A stretch of 52,030 nt of DNA, filler included, from Basidioascus undulatus (lineage: Eukaryota), in NCBI GenBank assembly GCA_000826855.1. It is 3 parts of 3 records of this genome, joined end to end, with 100 filler letters (N's around TTAATTAATTAA, not from the genome) between each part and the next. Parts side by side here need not be neighbours in the genome. Positions count along the whole stretch, not along the records: positions 34,770 to 52,030 come from JTLS01000543.1; 2 more parts are not named here. The stretch is one strand, 5' to 3'. Under the pieces are notes generated by a model, which saw only the letters and a program-made list of their open reading frames with translations, ran no database searches and was not told the origin of the DNA. Below are positions 46,977 to 52,030 of the stretch, in pieces (position 1 is the first letter of the stretch; every line of letters begins with the position of its first letter). Position numbers and translations under genes: made by a program.

Positions 46977-49494
46977 TATTGTGCGTATCGGATCTTCGCA
47001 ACCCATCTGTTGTACGCGCTCATGTCGTTGGTGGGCAGCAGATGTATTAGTATTCTCGATACACTGAATGCATCACTTTTTCGTCTCGCCTCCAATCCCC
47101 TCTGACCACCGCTTCTCGCTGCCTCTGGCTTTGGCCACGCGTATTTCCTATTCACCTTCACCCGAGATAAATTACCTTCGCGCACTTCTCCACTGCGCAG
47201 GAGGCTCATTCCCTCGGAACAGGAACATTACGGACTTCAAAGTCTTTTCTCGCTAATTGCCTCGTTCCTCCGCGTTCCTACGGCGTGTTCGGGTGGTAGT
47301 GGCTGAGAGACAGCCTTCTTTATGAATCATTCCACTTTTACATATTTGTGCCTTGTGTTCGCATATGCTCGTGTATGACGGAAGTGAAAGTCGTGACGTC
47401 TTATACAGGAGCTCCGAGCCGTTATCGTCGACAGCGACGAACGAAGTATCCCATGGAACTACATGCCTACTTGTGGGCCTCCATCTGTGATTCTCCGTGC
47501 TCTTTTCGCGCTCTCCCTGTATGCTCGAGTGAGCAGGGAGCTCGAGCACAGCCAAGCACAGCACGCAGCCAGCGCACCTTGCTCCTGCTGCTCCCTGTTG
47601 CCTTTGACCCTTCCAACCAGCTCGTCTTTCGTCCCTGTAGACCGAAATTAGGCTGTCATTGAACGCACAGCTTTTATTATCCTAAAGCACATACCAACGA
47701 TCTTGTCCCATCCGCCATCGACCCATTCCTGCACAGCAGACCCGATTGTGAGGGGCACGCACTCGGCGATTCTCCTGGTTGTAACGGCTTACTTTCGCTT
47801 CGGCCTGAGGAGCGCACGTCAAAACAAATTAAAAGAGAATTGAAGCTACGGCATCTCACATATCTAGTCTCATAATCCCCACGAACCCTCTCCTCCTGTG
47901 CATCAATCTGTCAGTCTGTGTGTGCCTGCCGCTGGTGGCTCTTTACCTTCCCAGATTGCTTCAGATCATCCGCCGCCCCTTAAAATCCATGTCTATATCA
48001 GTTAAATCTCAAAAAGTGAAAGATTAATCTCACAGAGGTGGCCGACAGTTTCCTTCACCGTCCCCTTGACCGAATGCCATCTGCTCGCCTTCCTGTGACC
48101 TTCCCATTCCTACGCCAAATGGGAAGATGCTCACTGTCCCTTGGCTTTGTTGGGTTCCGGCTGTTCCGTGACAGGCATAATCTGGTAGTCTTGCACTGTG
48201 GTAAGAAGGAGCAGTGAAAGTAGAGCGGCAACCTCGTGGCAGTGACGAGGAGGTCATGCAATCACAAGCTTCGCGAACCCCCGATGGTTCTAGCGATCCG
48301 GATATGATGGGCAATCTCGGAAATTTGCCAAGGATTTGATAATAAGCTCCTACTTTGGCTCAGCTGAACAATTAGATGCCGCGCGCGGAGTGCTGAAGGT
48401 CTGCGATCTGGGCTCTGAAAGTGAAGGCACGCGACATTGCAACTGCTGCCGCATACCTTCGTTACGTTTCCCTTCGTCGATAAGTATTGAAATAGATACA
48501 CGGTACTTGCACTTGCTTGTAGATATTCCTTCGAAACCGTGGCCGCCTGGCCTTGAGAGCAGCAGCACTGCCCAGTATTACAGCCACCATTAAACAGCCT
48601 CCTAGGCTACTTGCGCTCGCACCCTCCCTGATGCCTAACTTTTATCACAGCCTTTTGCCCCATGAAGGCCTCAATTTGGTGTTAGGAGAATGGTTTCCAC
48701 GTAACAGCAGCTTTGAATGGTCATCTGATTGCCAGCGGCATTCGATGCCTCCAAACGTTCGCACAGTGGTCATTGGTCTGCAACTGTAACATAGAGATAA
48801 CAGTGTCCTGCTGCCTCTAAAGCAGTCATTAAGGATTTCAACGCTGTATTGGTTGAGCTGCCCGCGATTGAGAAATGCGCAAGCTCAGACCGGATCACGT
48901 CGTCTATCTCGCCAACGAGCTGCGCTGCAATCCTTTCATTCCTTCATTCCTCCACCAATCATTGGGATATTCAGACTATGAGTATATTAGGGCCTATTTA
49001 TATGGATGCCGGAGGTGCCAGATGGCATAGTCACCCCAAGCGTGCAGGGCAGCGTCGTGAAACTTTTCAGCGCATTATAGGCAATGCGTTGGGCTCTTTC
49101 CTTTGACTTATCTGAACGCTAGACGTTTATGAGTTTGCAGTGTCTTATTTGAATCAAAATGGGAGTTTTCGGAGGCAATCAGGACACAAGGGCAGCTGTA
49201 TGTTATGGCGAAGGGAATGTGCATGGCCTACACGCCGACACAACCTGCCACACCCCAACATGTTTCCCACTTTGGAGATGCAATGTTCCGGCTGGAGTAA
49301 TATCCATCCCTCCCAGATACCGCTTTAAGTGTCAAGCTCTTCACGTCCTCAAAAGCTTAGCCGACAGCTTGAACACCACACTGAACGAGCATTCGTATGT
49401 GTCACACGACAGTTCATTCATCATGCTCTACACATCTCGAAGCCTCTTGTTGGGTATGCCGGCACTAGACAGCGAGGAGCGCGGTACACGGAGC

Positions 49495-50258
49495 TCACTT
49501 GTTGAGGTCCTGCTTGAGCTCTCCCTTCGTCTCCTGCGCGTTGCCTACTCCCGTACCCCACCCCCGTCAACAACGAGTCTCAGTATGATGATCGGACGGA
49601 GGACAGGGAACTTACCGGAGGCCTGCTGCGTCTTGTCCCCCGTGACAGCGCCGACGATGCTGTCCTTCTTGCCTGTTCTCACGGCTCAGCGGACGGTCGG
49701 TGAGGGGAGAGCGCCTGCGGACGTACCGGTGACGCGGTCGACGAGACCCTCCACCCAGCCCTGCCCATCCTGCGTAAGAAACGTCCATCGAACAGTACGT
49801 CTGACAGCGAAGTACCCTGGCTTCGGCCTGTGATTGAGGTTAAGGACCATTAGCGTCGGCCAGCGTCACAGTGTCACCGGAGGGAACGACGAACGGCTTT
49901 GGTCTCAGTTTCTCCCTTGGTGTGTTGTTCCTGTGCCCCGAAGAAGGACAGAATTCCTTGAGCTCATCCTTCTGGCAAAGGTGACAGGGAGCGCGGATAC
50001 ACCCACCTTGCCCGCCTGCTGGAGGTCGCTCGAGCCGACTGCATCCGCCCACCCCCCTCTCAGAACGTGCGCTGAGAAGTTGAGGGGGCGACAGCCTACT
50101 CACCGACATTGCCAACGGCCTCCTTGGAAGTGCCGATGGTTGAGTCGATCCTGTCGAAAGCGCGGCATGAGCACACAGCATGGACAGGGGTCCGGCGCAG
50201 GGGAGAGGAAGCATGCAACTTACTGGCCGGACGTCTTGGAGGGGCCGCTGGAGGACAT
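49495..50258 (-). CDS. Hmp1/CsbD-like small protein (mismatched base pair and cruciform DNA recognition protein family)
   Basis: Short exons splice to MSSSGPSKTSGQIDSTIGTSKEAVGNVVGSSDLQQAGKEQHTKGETETKAAEARGWVEGLVDRVTGKKDSIVGAVTGDKTQQASGNAQETKGELKQDLNK*. Missed by the ORF track. Confidence 0.85.
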
Positions 50259-52030
50259 GGTGATCTTGGAAGGTGAATTGGGGTTGAGAGAGAGCTCTTT
50301 TGGTGAGCCTTAGAATGCGAAGTCGAGCTGGTGGCGGTCGGAGGTCAAGTATGGCCGTGAGCAAGCGGCAAGGAACGGGTCAGCGGGCTGAAATCTGTTC
50401 TGGTCCTCGCTAGTTCTGCCCGTTCAGGTCCAGGTCCCCCTTCGATAATCGGCCTCGAAGAAGTCTTGCGGCTCTCGCATTGACCAAAATGGCTAGCATG
50501 CGAAGCTCTTTACCGGACCTGGAATGGGTGTGTCCGATCTTCAAAACGACATCGCGCGGGTATGACGGGTAAGAAACAGCGGGGAACAACACAGAAAGGA
50601 GGCAAAGAGCCTAATGAATAATGAAGAGAACAGGACTCATAATCTTGTTGAGCCTTTCACGGTCAATCTTGTGGACGAGAAACAAAGTCCTTGAGGTGTT
50701 CGTGGACCACAGCGCGATGGCCAATCCTGGCAACGGGGCTAACATAAGATACACCCCATGGCTTGAACTTCTCCGGTTGAATTCTTCGATGTCACCAGAA
50801 AGCTCACAGTATAGTGCAGGTTGCGCGCGGCGGGCTTTGCTGGAGTTCTGTCGCGCCACGCTCACAGCGGTGCCAGTTAGGAGCGGCAGTTGTGCCTCTC
50901 CTGGCTCATTGAGGCAGCACTGAGGACAAAGACATGATCATTCGCAGATTTGTAAAAAAATTATCCCTACATCCAACGAGCTCGGGTACGAGATATATTC
51001 GTCTCGCGCCCAAAAGCTTGAACTCGTGGGCAGTCAGAAGCAAGATGCAGCATCGGTGTCCTTACACAGGGCTCGTTTGCAAGGTCGTTTGAAAACATTC
51101 GGCCAGAGCTCAAAAATAAGGATAAACTCTAATAACTCTTTCCGTGTACAGGATGCCGAAGCTCAGATCTGCTAGCTCTGCAGCTGCAGCACTGTGGCAT
51201 CAGCTGACGCGGCGCTGCTTTTTCCTCCCGTTAAGCCGTGGATCAGCTCCTGATCCCAGAGGACTTGGAATATTATTGCTAGGGCGAGATTGTGAACGAA
51301 TGTAAGTGGTGCACGCAGCTCTAATGGTGCACACCGCTGTTGAGGACTGGGGGTGTGGGGACCCGTCGAATGTTAGTGCTCGAATGTTCGTGCGGGCACA
51401 CCCCCAACACTGACCGAGGCTCATTCCGTCAGACATGTGCATTTTTGCACTCTTGATGTTATCGTGTTTACCAGAGCGTTCAAGTGGCGAGTCCATCATT
51501 CCAGGCAGTCCTGCCACTTGGAGTACTCTCATCACGAACCTGCCCGCTGCCCTCTCGAAAGCACGTGCAAAACGGAGCTCCGGAATACGCCCGCAACGTG
51601 CTCGGAGCGAATCAAAGACCTCTTTCTTGAGTCTGATAACACATCTCAATATAGAGAGCTTTCAAGGAAGCAAATACCGCCTGATTGTAAAGCCAGTGCG
51701 TTGCTTGGAGCGCTCGGAGCGCGTGACGGTGTGAAGACAGGATGTCAAGCTGGGAGGAGTGAAAGAGAGGACACTGATCGAGGGCCCGGACCTGTGGGTC
51801 CATGTGGCAGTTTTCAACGGCAGCGGCAGATTTTCGCTATGAAAGCCCTCTTGCCACCATTGCCACTCACCAATTGCAGAAGTATACTTGGGATAGAAAA
51901 GTATCAGAAGAGCTTCGTGTCAGCATTAGAGTGTGAAACTGGACAAAGAGTTCAGCAAAATGTTTCGAGAGACCGAGGCTGTGACAGGTCCGCAAAAAAG
52001 CGTCGTTTCTCAAAATATCATCCGCGGGCC

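Noticed and set aside
47900..49400. Possible decayed F-box/LRR-type gene
   Set aside because: Lower-GC and stop-rich; no motif I can support.
50410..52030. Possible decayed gene or transposon on the minus strand
   Set aside because: Fragmentary ORFs with no transposase, RT or other motif and no terminal repeats seen.
1..52030. A functional cluster of transcription factors or DNA-maintenance genes across the window
   Set aside because: The genes lie on different concatenated contigs, so their co-occurrence is artefactual.

Overview
Eukaryotic, GC-rich, very intron-dense fungal DNA, most consistent with a basidiomycete (inferred from gene content and the short GT...CTRAY...YAG introns). The window is not one locus: two 100-bp artificial linkers (44 N + TTAATTAATTAA + 44 N) join three pieces of 17294, 17275 and 17261 bp. 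Piece 1: forkhead TF, rearranged arginase pseudogene, intron-containing tRNA-Asp(GTC), tubulin-tyrosine-ligase-like gene, dienelactone hydrolase, HNH-domain pseudogene, decayed secreted-protein gene, RPS3, a divergent host intron carrying a box C/D snoRNA candidate, and a terminal LSU rRNA fragment. Piece 2: pantothenate kinase (3' part), bHLH TF, a four-TM membrane protein whose first intron appears to be GA-AG, SMC6, alpha/beta hydrolase. Piece 3: APC amino-acid permease, amidase remnant, HSF-type TF, ATP17, MPP6-like gene and Hmp1/CsbD-like gene. Gene models were spliced by eye; family calls rest on motifs I recognise, not on database searches. I found no convincing novel multi-gene system. 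The best leads are the intronic snoRNA, the GA-AG intron, the inverted arginase, the rDNA junction and several splicing oddities.
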